From Ktedonobacterales bacterium (GTDB lineage Bacteria; Chloroflexota; Ktedonobacteria; Ktedonobacterales; JADMIN01), in assembly GCA_036393135.1 (NCBI GenBank), contig DASVWQ010000310.1, positions 1 to 51,177 of the forward strand: DNA of 51,177 nt, written 5' to 3'. Under the pieces are notes generated by a model. The model had not been told where the DNA came from. It searched no databases and worked only from the letters and a program-made list of their open reading frames with translations. Within the stretch, counting starts at the first letter, position 1; each line of letters begins with the position of its first letter. Positions 16,183 through 24,957 of this stretch are shown here, one piece after another. The translations under genes were made by a program, and so were the position numbers.

Positions 16183-17928
16183 CTAGTGCTCCGTCTTCCA
16201 GTCGGGAGCTTCAGGATGTTTCATATCGTAGAAGGGCCGCCGACTGCGCACGACCGGAATCGTCACGAAGTTCTCGACCGGTGGCGGCGAAGTCGTCGCC
16301 CACTCCAGCGTGAAGGCGTTCCACGGGTCGTTGCCCGCGTTGCGCTTCTGCGTCATCATCGTCCAGAAGAAGTTGCCGAGGAAGATCAGCACGCCGATGG
16401 CGATGGTATAGACGCCGAGCGTCGAGAGGAGGTTCAGGTCGCTCCAGCCCAGCCCCGCTGGATAGGTGTACTGGCGGCGCGGCATGCCCAGCAACCCCAG
16501 GATGTGCATCGGGAAGAACGCCGCGTTCAGCCCGACCATCCAGAGCCAGAACTGGATCTTGCCCAACGGCTCATTGAGCTTGCGTCCCGACATCTTCGGG
16601 AACCAGTAGTAGATGCCTGCCATCAGCGCCATCACCGACCCGCCGAAGAGCACATAGTGAATATGCGCGACGACAAAGTAGGTGTCTGTCACCTGGTAGT
16701 CGAACGGCACCACCGCCAGCGCCGCGCCATTCAGGCCGCCGATGAGGAACATCGAGACGAAGCCCAGCCCGAAGAGCATCGATGTGGTGAAGCGCACCTT
16801 GCCGCCGTAGACGGTGGCGACCCAGTTGAATATCTTCACCGCCGTCGGTATCGCGATCAGTGTCGTGCTGGAGGCGAAGAACGCCTGCGCCAGCGGCGGC
16901 AGCCCGACCGCGAACATGTGGTGCGCCCAGACGGTGAAACTGAGGAAGCCGATGGCCACGCCTGACCATGCGACGAAGGTGTAGCCGAAGATCGGCTTGC
17001 CGGAGAAGACTGGCAGCACCTCCGAGATGATGCCGAACGCCGGCAGGATCAGGATATACACCTCAGGATGTCCGAACGACCAGAAGAGGTGCTGCCAGAG
17101 CAGCGGATCACCTCCCTGACTTGCCTGGAAGAAGTGCGTTCCCAGATGGCGGTCGAAGAGCAGCATCATGCTGGCGACGGTCAGGCTCGGCAGCGCGAAG
17201 ATCAGCAGGAACGATGTCACCATCGTCATCCAGCCGAAAAGCGGCATCCGGTTGATCGTCATGCCCGGAGCGCGCATCCGCAGGATGGTCACGACGAAGT
17301 TGATCGCGCCCGTCAGCGAGGCGAGGCCCAGCACGTTGATGCCCGCGATCCAGAAGTCTGGATTCTGCCCCGGCGAGAAGCAGCCCTGCCCGCCATTCGC
17401 GGCGGCCTGAGCGGCGGCGGCGGCGGCGGCCTGAGCGGTGGTGGTGGCCTGCGTCAGACAGGTCGGCGTCGCCTCGGTCAGCGGCGCGTAGCTGAACCAG
17501 CCGGCGTTCGGCGCCGCGTTGAAGACGAAGCTCAGCGTCAGGATGATGCCGCCGATGAGGAAGAGCCAGTAGCCCAGCGCGTTGATGCGCGGGAACGCCA
17601 TGTCACGCGCGCCGATCATCAGCGGAATCAGATAGTTGCCGAAGCCCGTCCAGATCGGCATCATGAACAGGAAGATCATGATGGTCGCGTGCATCGTGAA
17701 GATCTGGTCGTACTGCTCTGGCGTCACCAGATGGTTATCCGCCGTCATCAGCTGCGTCCTGATCAGCAGCGCGAGCACACCGCCAAAGAGGAAGAAGAAG
17801 AATGCCGTGTAGATGTACATGATACCGATCTTTTTATGATCGGTCGTCGTGACCCACGACCCGATGGCGGATTGGGTCCAGGATCGTCGCGCAGCGCGAC
17901 TGCGAGTCGCGACACTCCCTACTGCCAT
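16183..17928 (-). CDS. ctaD: Cytochrome c oxidase subunit I
   Basis: Hallmarks TTDHKKIGIMYI, WFFGHPEVYILILP-type (WSFGHPEVYILILPAFG) and HHMF (WAHHMFAVG). The periplasmic loop carries an unusual insertion (see findings). Confidence 0.97.
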   Translation of the reverse strand: MAVGSVATRSRAARRSWTQSAIGSWVTTTDHKKIGIMYIYTAFFFFLFGGVLALLIRTQLMTADNHLVTPEQYDQIFTMHATIMIFLFMMPIWTGFGNYLIPLMIGARDMAFPRINALGYWLFLIGGIILTLSFVFNAAPNAGWFSYAPLTEATPTCLTQATTTAQAAAAAAAQAAANGGQGCFSPGQNPDFWIAGINVLGLASLTGAINFVVTILRMRAPGMTINRMPLFGWMTMVTSFLLIFALPSLTVASMMLLFDRHLGTHFFQASQGGDPLLWQHLFWSFGHPEVYILILPAFGIISEVLPVFSGKPIFGYTFVAWSGVAIGFLSFTVWAHHMFAVGLPPLAQAFFASSTTLIAIPTAVKIFNWVATVYGGKVRFTTSMLFGLGFVSMFLIGGLNGAALAVVPFDYQVTDTYFVVAHIHYVLFGGSVMALMAGIYYWFPKMSGRKLNEPLGKIQFWLWMVGLNAAFFPMHILGLLGMPRRQYTYPAGLGWSDLNLLSTLGVYTIAIGVLIFLGNFFWTMMTQKRNAGNDPWNAFTLEWATTSPPPVENFVTIPVVRSRRPFYDMKHPEAPDWKTEH

Positions 17929-18007
17929 GTGAGAGTCCTCTCAGTTCCAGTCCGCGCGCGGCGCGCTTCATCAGCCAGCGCGCCGCGCGCCCGTAGTCGT
18001 GGGAACG

Positions 18008-19060
18008 CTATTGCAGGCTGTCCAGGTACGCCACCAGCTCGTTGATCTGGTCATTCGTCAGGCCCAGGTCTGGCATATCCACGCCGTCCTTCACGGACTG
18101 CGGATTATGCAACCACGCAGCGAGGTTGGTTGGCGTATTCTCCAGCACTCCGCCCGCGATGTACTTGCGCGCGCCAAAGTGGGTCAGATTCGGACCGATC
18201 AGCTTGCTTTGGTCGGTCGTCGTCACACCATCGATCGCATGGCAGCCAATGCAGGCGCTCGCCGCGAAGTATTTCGCGCCCGCCTGCGCCAGGGCGTCGG
18301 TCGGCTGGGCGGCAACCTGCTGCTGCTGCGTCACCCACGCCTGATAGGCCGAGGGTGAGACGGCATGCACGAGGAAGTCCATATGGGCGTGCTGCGTGCC
18401 GCAGTACTCGCCGCACTCGCCGCGATACCAGCCCGAGCGGTCCGCCTGGATCCACATCTCATTGTCGTGGCCGGGGATCACGTCGGTCTTGCCGCCCAGC
18501 TCCGGCACCCAGAAGCTGTGGATGACGTTGTTCGAGATGAGATTGATATGGACAACCGTATTCGTCGGAATCCACATCTCGTCCGCCGTCACGAACTTCT
18601 GGCTGTTGCCTTGCGTCGGATAGTCGAACTCCCACCACCACTGGTGGCCAACCGCGTTGACCGTGATGGTATTTGGCGCGGCTGGCTGCTGGATATTGAA
18701 CATCGTCGTGATCGTCGCGATCAGCACACCCACCAGCACGAGGGATGGCACGACCGTCCAGGCAATCTCGATCTTGGTGTTGCCGTGCGTCTGCGTCGGC
18801 TCCGGCATGCCCGGCCGCGCGCGGAAACGGACGATGGAGTAGAGCAGCGCCGAGACCACAAGCACGAACACCACTGTCGAGATGATCAGAATCATCCAGA
18901 AGAGGTTCGACTCTTGCAGCGCGATAGGCCCCTGGGGAATCAACATGTTGGGCGTATGGTTAACGTCCTGGACGTTGGTGTCGCCACAGCCTGCCAGGAG
19001 CAGGGCGATGAGCAACGGCAGCATCGACGCCGCACGCCGCCTTGTTGGCTTCAATAGCAT
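18008..19060 (-). CDS. ctaC: Cytochrome c oxidase subunit II with a fused C-terminal cytochrome c domain (caa3-type); lipoprotein signal
   Basis: Lipobox LLLAGC, CuA motif CGEYCGTQHAHM and a C-terminal CIGCH heme c binding site. Confidence 0.95.
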   Translation of the reverse strand: MLLKPTRRRAASMLPLLIALLLAGCGDTNVQDVNHTPNMLIPQGPIALQESNLFWMILIISTVVFVLVVSALLYSIVRFRARPGMPEPTQTHGNTKIEIAWTVVPSLVLVGVLIATITTMFNIQQPAAPNTITVNAVGHQWWWEFDYPTQGNSQKFVTADEMWIPTNTVVHINLISNNVIHSFWVPELGGKTDVIPGHDNEMWIQADRSGWYRGECGEYCGTQHAHMDFLVHAVSPSAYQAWVTQQQQVAAQPTDALAQAGAKYFAASACIGCHAIDGVTTTDQSKLIGPNLTHFGARKYIAGGVLENTPTNLAAWLHNPQSVKDGVDMPDLGLTNDQINELVAYLDSLQ

Positions 19061-19287
19061 ACGAAGAATCCTCGGCCTTCCCAGTAGTTCACCACCGGAT
19101 CGCGTTCAGAGCATGTCCGCCGCCGGAAGCTCGCGCCGCCGGGCCAGACACGCCGACAGCGCCCACCCGTGGGCGCGCCGGGGCAATAATGACGGATGAC
19201 TCCGTCGCATATCTCCTGATATGGAACGAACGAGGCGCGCGATTGGGCGCTTGCGCCCGCCAGGCGTCTCGGTTCACGCCACACCAG

Positions 19288-20220
19288 CTAGCGCAGTACA
19301 TGGTCAATCGCCATGACCGCGAAAAGCAACGCCAGATAATAGTTCGAGAACCAGAACATCGCGCGCGCGCTCTTGAGCGTGCGTACCCGCCCCAGCTGGA
19401 TCGCCAACGCGAGCAGCCCCACGCCCAGCCCGATGGCGAACGCGAGGTAGAGGTAGCCCATTCCACCGGTCACGAAGAGCAGCAGGCTGGCCGCCACCAG
19501 GATGACGGTGTACACGGTGATCTGGGTATAGGTGTACGCCTCGCCCTTGACCACTGGCAGCATCGGCACGCCTGCCCGCGCATAGTCACGCTTCAGCACG
19601 ATGGAGAGCGCCCAGAAGTGCGGCGGCGTCCACAGGAAGATGATGGCGAACATCAGCAGCGGCGTCCAGAGCGACGCATCCCAGCGCAGCGGCGCCACCG
19701 CCGCCCAGCCGATCAGCGCGGGGACGGCGCCCGCCGCGCCGCCAATGACGATGTTCTGCGCGGTCGTGCGCTTCAGCCACATCGTGTAGACGCAGACGTA
19801 AAACAGGATCGCCGCCAGCGCCAGCGCCGCGCTCGCCAGATTGACGAACACGGCGAAGATCAGCGTGGAGAGCGCGCCAATCGCCAGGCCGAAGATGAGC
19901 GCGCGTGTCGGCTCAACCCGCCCGGCAGGTAGGGTGCGCGACTTCGTGCGACTCATCAACTCATCGATGTCGCGATCCCAGTAGCAGTTGATGGCGTTGG
20001 CGCTGCCCGCCGCGAGCGCGCCGCCGACCATCGTGGCCAGCGTCACGCCGAGCGGCGGCAAACCATTGAGCGCGACCACCATCGCGGCCAGTGTCACGCC
20101 GAGCAGCAGGACCGTGACATGTGGCTTCATCAGGTTGATATAGGCTCCGACAGAGGAACCCGCGCGGCGAGGCTTGTCGCGGGATTTGTCGCGAGCATCG
20201 AGCGGGACGGCCTTCTGCAT
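19288..20220 (-). CDS. ctaB: Protoheme IX farnesyltransferase (heme O synthase)
   Basis: YINLMKPHVTVLLLGVTL... plus a polytopic UbiA-type body. Start set at the internal ATG 20220; the track ORF extends to 20355. Confidence 0.88.
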   Translation of the reverse strand: MQKAVPLDARDKSRDKPRRAGSSVGAYINLMKPHVTVLLLGVTLAAMVVALNGLPPLGVTLATMVGGALAAGSANAINCYWDRDIDELMSRTKSRTLPAGRVEPTRALIFGLAIGALSTLIFAVFVNLASAALALAAILFYVCVYTMWLKRTTAQNIVIGGAAGAVPALIGWAAVAPLRWDASLWTPLLMFAIIFLWTPPHFWALSIVLKRDYARAGVPMLPVVKGEAYTYTQITVYTVILVAASLLLFVTGGMGYLYLAFAIGLGVGLLALAIQLGRVRTLKSARAMFWFSNYYLALLFAVMAIDHVLR

Positions 20221-20470
20221 GAGTATGGGATACCCTTCGCTGAGGAAGATGAGGGCGTGGGACGCCACATGATTTTGATTGTACTGCGGTCGCCTGAACA
20301 TGACGCTTGCAGTGGCCACTATCTCCCTTACAATCGCCTGAACGTCCGCCACCATCGCCCATTGCGCATGGCCCGTTGTCGCATGCCGTAGACGCCGCCT
20401 ATACTGTAGTTTGAGGTCGTGCGTCCAGCCAGTCGTTCAGGCGCCCGTCAGGTCTGCGAGCGTGCCACCT

Positions 20471-22078
20471 ATGCCAACTTCACCACAATCCACCACCGAC
20501 TCCACCGCTACGCCACGTGCGGCGGAGACTACTACTCGCGTCCGCCGCGCCGCCCGCCAGAACCCCGTGGCCGAGGCCAGCGCCACGAGCGCTAGCAGCG
20601 CCAGAGCGACCGCCGCGCAAGTGACAGCGGCAGTCGCCGCAACGCTTCGGGTTGGGCGGCTCCAGCTGGGCCGGCGTCTTGACGACATCGAGCGCGAGTT
20701 GATGACGCTGGCGGCTCAGCCAGAACAGACGGCGACCACACGGCGGGTGGCCAGCGCCGCGCACGGTGGCGTCGAGCGCGCCCGCAGCGCTATCGAGGCC
20801 TTCACACTGCTCGTCGCACTGCCCCACCAGCCCTTGCGCCTTGCCCCGGTCGAGATCTCCGACCTGCTGATGTCGGCGCTGGCCCGCTGGAAGACCCGCT
20901 CCCCGCGCCATACCTTCGAGCTGGCGCTGCCGGGGACTGAGCCAACCCTGCTCGGCGATACCGCGCTCATCGCCCAGGCCATCGAGGGGCTGGTGGCCTG
21001 GGCGGCGGCGCACAGCGGGCCGGGCGACATCCGCGTGAGCCTGCTCCTCGCGCACGCGCCCGACGCCAGCGACGCGCTTACCATCGCCGTCCATTGCCCG
21101 CTGCACGAGGCGAACAGCGCCCAGCCAGAGCGTGTCTTCGAGCCAGCCGACGAGCCGCAAGCCGATGGCGCGGGCGACGTGGAACTGACCCTGACGCGCG
21201 CCATCGCCGAGCGGCACGGTGGACGCGCCTGGGCCGAGGTGGACCTGGCGGCGCAGGCGATCACGCTGGCCATCGCGCTGGCGGCGACTCCGCCTACCAC
21301 GGCCCCGCGTATCGGGCAGGCGACGGCGGATCTGCCCGAACGCGCCGAGGCGCCGGGCGCGCTCCCCGCCCTCGCCCGTGCGCGCAGCGTCGTCGCAGTG
21401 GCGCACGGCGACGCGCGGATGGCCCGCTATCTGCGCGCCAACCTGGAGGAGGCGGGCTTCAGCGCAAAGACAGCGACTACCCTCGACGCGGCCCTCAAGC
21501 TGATCGAGGTGGAGGAGCCAGACCTGATCCTGCTGGACCTCGCGCTGCCAGATGAGCGCGGGCGCGACCCACTCGCGCGGGCGCTGGCGCGCACGCTGGC
21601 CCCCGTCATCGCGCTAGGGAGCGCCGTCGACGCTGACGCCTGCGCCCGCTCACTCGACGCCGGCGCGGTGGATTTCATCGCCCAGCCGCTCAGCATTGAG
21701 GAGGCGCTGGCCCGCGCGCGGCGGGCGCTCCGTCCCATGCCAGGACAAGAGGCGTCCGCCAACCAGCGCGTCTACACCTGCGGCGATCTCGTGATCGATG
21801 ACGCCCAGCGTCTCGTCACGGTGGCCGGAGCGCCCGCCGCGCTGAGCAAGACGGAATACCGCCTGCTGCGCGCCCTTGCCCAGAACCCCGGCAAGACGCT
21901 CTCGCACGAGGCGCTGCTGGCGCGCGTCTGGGGTCCCGCCTATCGCCAGGAGATTGAGTTCGTCTGGGTCTATATCCGGCGGCTGCGGCGCAAGATCGAG
22001 CCTGATCCGGCGCACCCTCGCTACATCCTGACTGCGCCGGGCGTCGGCTATCGGCTCGCGCAGCCGTCCAGTCAGTGA
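20471..22078 (+). CDS. Fusion of a degenerate histidine-kinase-like region to an atypical receiver plus OmpR-type winged-helix domain
   Basis: C-terminus TEYRLLRALAQNPGKTLSHEALLARVWG...YIRRLRRKIE...ILTAPGVGYRL is an OmpR/PhoB-type effector. The receiver shows DLILLDLALPD. The upstream part has G2-box-like GAGDVELTLTRAIAERHGGRAW but no N-box Asn. ATG 20471 is preferred; the track start 20411 is a TTG. Confidence 0.75.
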   Translation: MPTSPQSTTDSTATPRAAETTTRVRRAARQNPVAEASATSASSARATAAQVTAAVAATLRVGRLQLGRRLDDIERELMTLAAQPEQTATTRRVASAAHGGVERARSAIEAFTLLVALPHQPLRLAPVEISDLLMSALARWKTRSPRHTFELALPGTEPTLLGDTALIAQAIEGLVAWAAAHSGPGDIRVSLLLAHAPDASDALTIAVHCPLHEANSAQPERVFEPADEPQADGAGDVELTLTRAIAERHGGRAWAEVDLAAQAITLAIALAATPPTTAPRIGQATADLPERAEAPGALPALARARSVVAVAHGDARMARYLRANLEEAGFSAKTATTLDAALKLIEVEEPDLILLDLALPDERGRDPLARALARTLAPVIALGSAVDADACARSLDAGAVDFIAQPLSIEEALARARRALRPMPGQEASANQRVYTCGDLVIDDAQRLVTVAGAPAALSKTEYRLLRALAQNPGKTLSHEALLARVWGPAYRQEIEFVWVYIRRLRRKIEPDPAHPRYILTAPGVGYRLAQPSSQ

Positions 22079-22764
22079 GTCGGCAGCCGCAGCCACCGCG
22101 CGGAGAGCAAGCAGAGGAACGGTCAGTGGCGGACACCACCCACACCAGGCGGCAAGCGCAGGCCATCGCCCGCCGCGAGCAACTCATCAGGACAGGGCTG
22201 CGGCTCTTCTCAGAGAAGGGCTATCGCGGCGCGTCCGTGCGCGACATCGCCCGCGCCGCTGGCGTCACCGAGGGATTGCTCTACCACTACTTCGAGAGCA
22301 AGGCCGCCCTCTTTCGCGCCGTCCTCGACCAGTACGCCCCCGTCAGCGCGTTCGAGGACCTTCTGCGCGCGGCGGCGACTCCCCAACCCGCGCAGCGCTC
22401 GTTCGATGAGGCGCTCCGCGCGCTGGGGCGCGAGTTCGTCGCCCGCATCCGAGAGTATCGGGCGTTCATCGTTACCATGCTCACCGAGGCGCCGAGCGAG
22501 CCGGAACTGGGCGCGATCCTCAGCGACTTCCTGCGGTCCACGAATGCCGACATCGCACGATTCCTGACCGAATATCGCAAAGTGGGCCAGATCGATGTCC
22601 AGATCCCCATCGATGCGGCGGCGCGTGTCTTGCAGGGCAGCCTGATGTTCCACTTCCTGATGGAAGCTCTGCGCCCGCAGTCCGCGCCCGCCGAAGGCGA
22701 CGACGCGCTCGACGACCTCTTCACCGTGCTGCTCGCCGGGCTTGCGCCACGGCAGACGCGGTAG
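22075..22764 (+). CDS. TetR/AcrR-family transcriptional regulator
   Basis: LFSEKGYRGASVRDIARAAGVTEGLLYHYFESKAALF is a TetR HTH. The GTG start overlaps the upstream stop (GTGA). Confidence 0.85.
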   Translation: MSRQPQPPRGEQAEERSVADTTHTRRQAQAIARREQLIRTGLRLFSEKGYRGASVRDIARAAGVTEGLLYHYFESKAALFRAVLDQYAPVSAFEDLLRAAATPQPAQRSFDEALRALGREFVARIREYRAFIVTMLTEAPSEPELGAILSDFLRSTNADIARFLTEYRKVGQIDVQIPIDAAARVLQGSLMFHFLMEALRPQSAPAEGDDALDDLFTVLLAGLAPRQTR

Positions 22765-22900
22765 CGACCGCGCCATCCGCTCGCCGCGCAGCCTGCCCCA
22801 CCTGCGCGCAGGCCACTTTCGCTACCCCCTCTTGACGTTTGCGCGCTTTCACTATACAGTGTTCATTAATCGATGTTTAGTGAAAGGCGGAACGGCTCCC

Positions 22901-24121
22901 ATGCGTATCCTTTGCAATCCCTTCTACCTGATGGCGGGTGTCTACCTGACGCTCGACGTGCTGGCCCTGGCCGCGATGGCGCTGGTGGGCGCTGGCGTCA
23001 TGGCTCCGCTGCCTGGTCTCGTCTGGATGCGCATCCACCTGCTGACGATTGGGGTGGTCGTGCAAGTCATCCTGGGGTCGGCCCCCGGACTCGTCGCCGC
23101 CAGACTCGGCGCGCAGCCGCCAGGACGCCTGATGAACACATCCATCTGGCTGCTCATGAACGCCAGCTTCGCGCTGCTGCTCTACGCCATGCCGCAGAAC
23201 CTCGCGCAGCTCGCAGCCATCGCCGCTGGGGGTATCTTCCTGGCGACGCTGCTGCTGCTCGTCACGCTGCACCGGCGCGGCGCGTGTCCACCGGTGGGCG
23301 CCCGCGCGGGCCTGCGCTTCTTCATCGCCGGGCCACTGTTCTTCCTCATCGGCATCTTCATGGCGGTGAGCATGCTGCTCCATTGGCCCGCGCCCGGCGG
23401 ATTCTTTGGTCAGCTCGAAGGCCATGTGCATTCCAATGTCTGGGGCTTCCTCGCGCTGATGGTCGCGGGCTTCCTGCTGGAGCGCGTCCCGGCGGCGCTG
23501 GGGCAGCCGCTCCGCTGGCCACGCCTCGTCTCCGCCATCTCCTGGATGCTCATCGCGGGCGCGTTGGGGCTGGTCGCCGGGCCGTGGCTGGGCGTCCTGC
23601 CGCTCCTCATGGTCGGCATCATCATCTACGTCAGTGGAACTGTGCTGCTGCTCATCAATCTGGCGGGAACCGCGCTCGCCGCTCGCCGCCTGACCGCCAA
23701 TGTCGGGCATCTGCTGGTGGCGTATCTCTGGATGCTCACGCCAGCGGTTATCGCGCCGATTATCCTGGCGATCACGGGCAAACTGCCGTCGGGCGCGGTC
23801 GAGGCGGCGGCGGTCTCCGGGCTGATCGCGGGCTGGGTGTTCCAGATCGTGCTGGGCGCGTTGCCGCTGCGGCTGCGCGAACTGCGCCAGCGCGCCACCG
23901 GCTGGGATGGCTGGTGGGGTTCAGTCGCGCTGCTCAACGTGGGCGTGGCGCTCATCTGGGTGGCGGCGTTCCTCTCCTCGCCCGACACGGCAACGCAATT
24001 GACCGTCGCGGGCTATGGGCTGATCGTGGTCGCGAGTTTCCCGCCCCTCGTCGCGATTCTCAAGCTCCTGCTCACTGGCCCCCGACGCGAGTCGCCCATG
24101 CCACAAGTCGTAGCGCCGTAG
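22901..24121 (+). CDS. Polytopic membrane protein (about 12 TM), unknown function; weak NnrS-like flavour
   Basis: Start set at ATG 22901 (MRILCNPFYLMAGVYL...). His-containing motifs RIHLLTIG and EGHVHSNVWGFLALMVAGFLLE. The family assignment is tentative. Confidence 0.55.
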   Translation: MRILCNPFYLMAGVYLTLDVLALAAMALVGAGVMAPLPGLVWMRIHLLTIGVVVQVILGSAPGLVAARLGAQPPGRLMNTSIWLLMNASFALLLYAMPQNLAQLAAIAAGGIFLATLLLLVTLHRRGACPPVGARAGLRFFIAGPLFFLIGIFMAVSMLLHWPAPGGFFGQLEGHVHSNVWGFLALMVAGFLLERVPAALGQPLRWPRLVSAISWMLIAGALGLVAGPWLGVLPLLMVGIIIYVSGTVLLLINLAGTALAARRLTANVGHLLVAYLWMLTPAVIAPIILAITGKLPSGAVEAAAVSGLIAGWVFQIVLGALPLRLRELRQRATGWDGWWGSVALLNVGVALIWVAAFLSSPDTATQLTVAGYGLIVVASFPPLVAILKLLLTGPRRESPMPQVVAP

Positions 24122-24169
24122 CGCCCACATGGGGCAAAACCCTGATGCCAGTATCAGGCGCATCCCTGA

Positions 24170-24198
24170 TTGCTGGGATGCAGCGGCTTTGGTATACT
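24170..24198 (+). promoter_or_regulatory. Candidate extended -10 promoter of the cupredoxin gene
   Basis: TTGCTG (24170..24175), 17-nt spacer, TGgTATACT (24190..24198). Lies about 160 nt upstream of ATG 24357. Confidence 0.4.
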
Positions 24199-24356
24199 CT
24201 GCGATGGCATTCTCGCCGCCGCCTGCGCTCTCCCTGCGGTGAACCGCCGCCGGAGAACGGGCAAACACCCTACAGCGCTCATGCCAGATGGCGCGGGCCG
24301 CGCAGTGAATTTTCCCGTGAGCGACATGTGCGCTCGCTGAAAGGACCGACAAGACG

Positions 24357-24779
24357 ATGAAGAAACTGTTGTTCGCGATCGTGCCGATGGCCCTGCTGCT
24401 GACCCTCGCGCTTGGCGCCTGTGGCAAGTCAGCGGCGGATGGCGGCCCTGGCGGCGGCGGCGGCTCGACGACCGCTTCGTGCGCCACGACCCAGACCATC
24501 TCACTCGCGGCGACCGATTTCGTGAGCAAGTGCGTGACCGTCGCGGCGAACCAGGCGGTCACCTTCGATGACCCGACCTCCACGGGCGGCGTTCATATCA
24601 TCTGCACCGGCAAAGACGCGAAGTGCGTCGCCGACGCCAACGCCCCCAAGGACCTCGGCGCGCCCGGCTTCCAGATTCAGCCAGGGGAGCAGCATCAGGT
24701 GACATTCGCCACGCCTGGCACCTACCAGCTTGCCTGCACGGTCCACCCGGACATGAACATGACGGTCATCGTCAAGTAA
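24357..24779 (+). CDS. Lipoprotein type-1 (blue) copper protein, auracyanin/plastocyanin-like
   Basis: Lipobox LALGAC. Candidate copper ligands are the His in GGVHIIC and the C-x2-H-x2-M pattern in LACTVHPDM. Confidence 0.85.
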   Translation: MKKLLFAIVPMALLLTLALGACGKSAADGGPGGGGGSTTASCATTQTISLAATDFVSKCVTVAANQAVTFDDPTSTGGVHIICTGKDAKCVADANAPKDLGAPGFQIQPGEQHQVTFATPGTYQLACTVHPDMNMTVIVK

Positions 24780-24957
24780 CGCACTTGCCGCTCGACAACT
24801 AGCGATCACCGTCGCCGACCCGCCATGCCGGAGCGTGGCGGGTCGGCGCGCATCTCTGGCAGGTCTGCGTCGGTTTGACGCCGCCGCAGCGGGCGCGGCA
24901 TACTGAGGCGCCGGAACCGTCGTCGCCAGCATCGCCCCACGGAGCGCCTATCCCACC

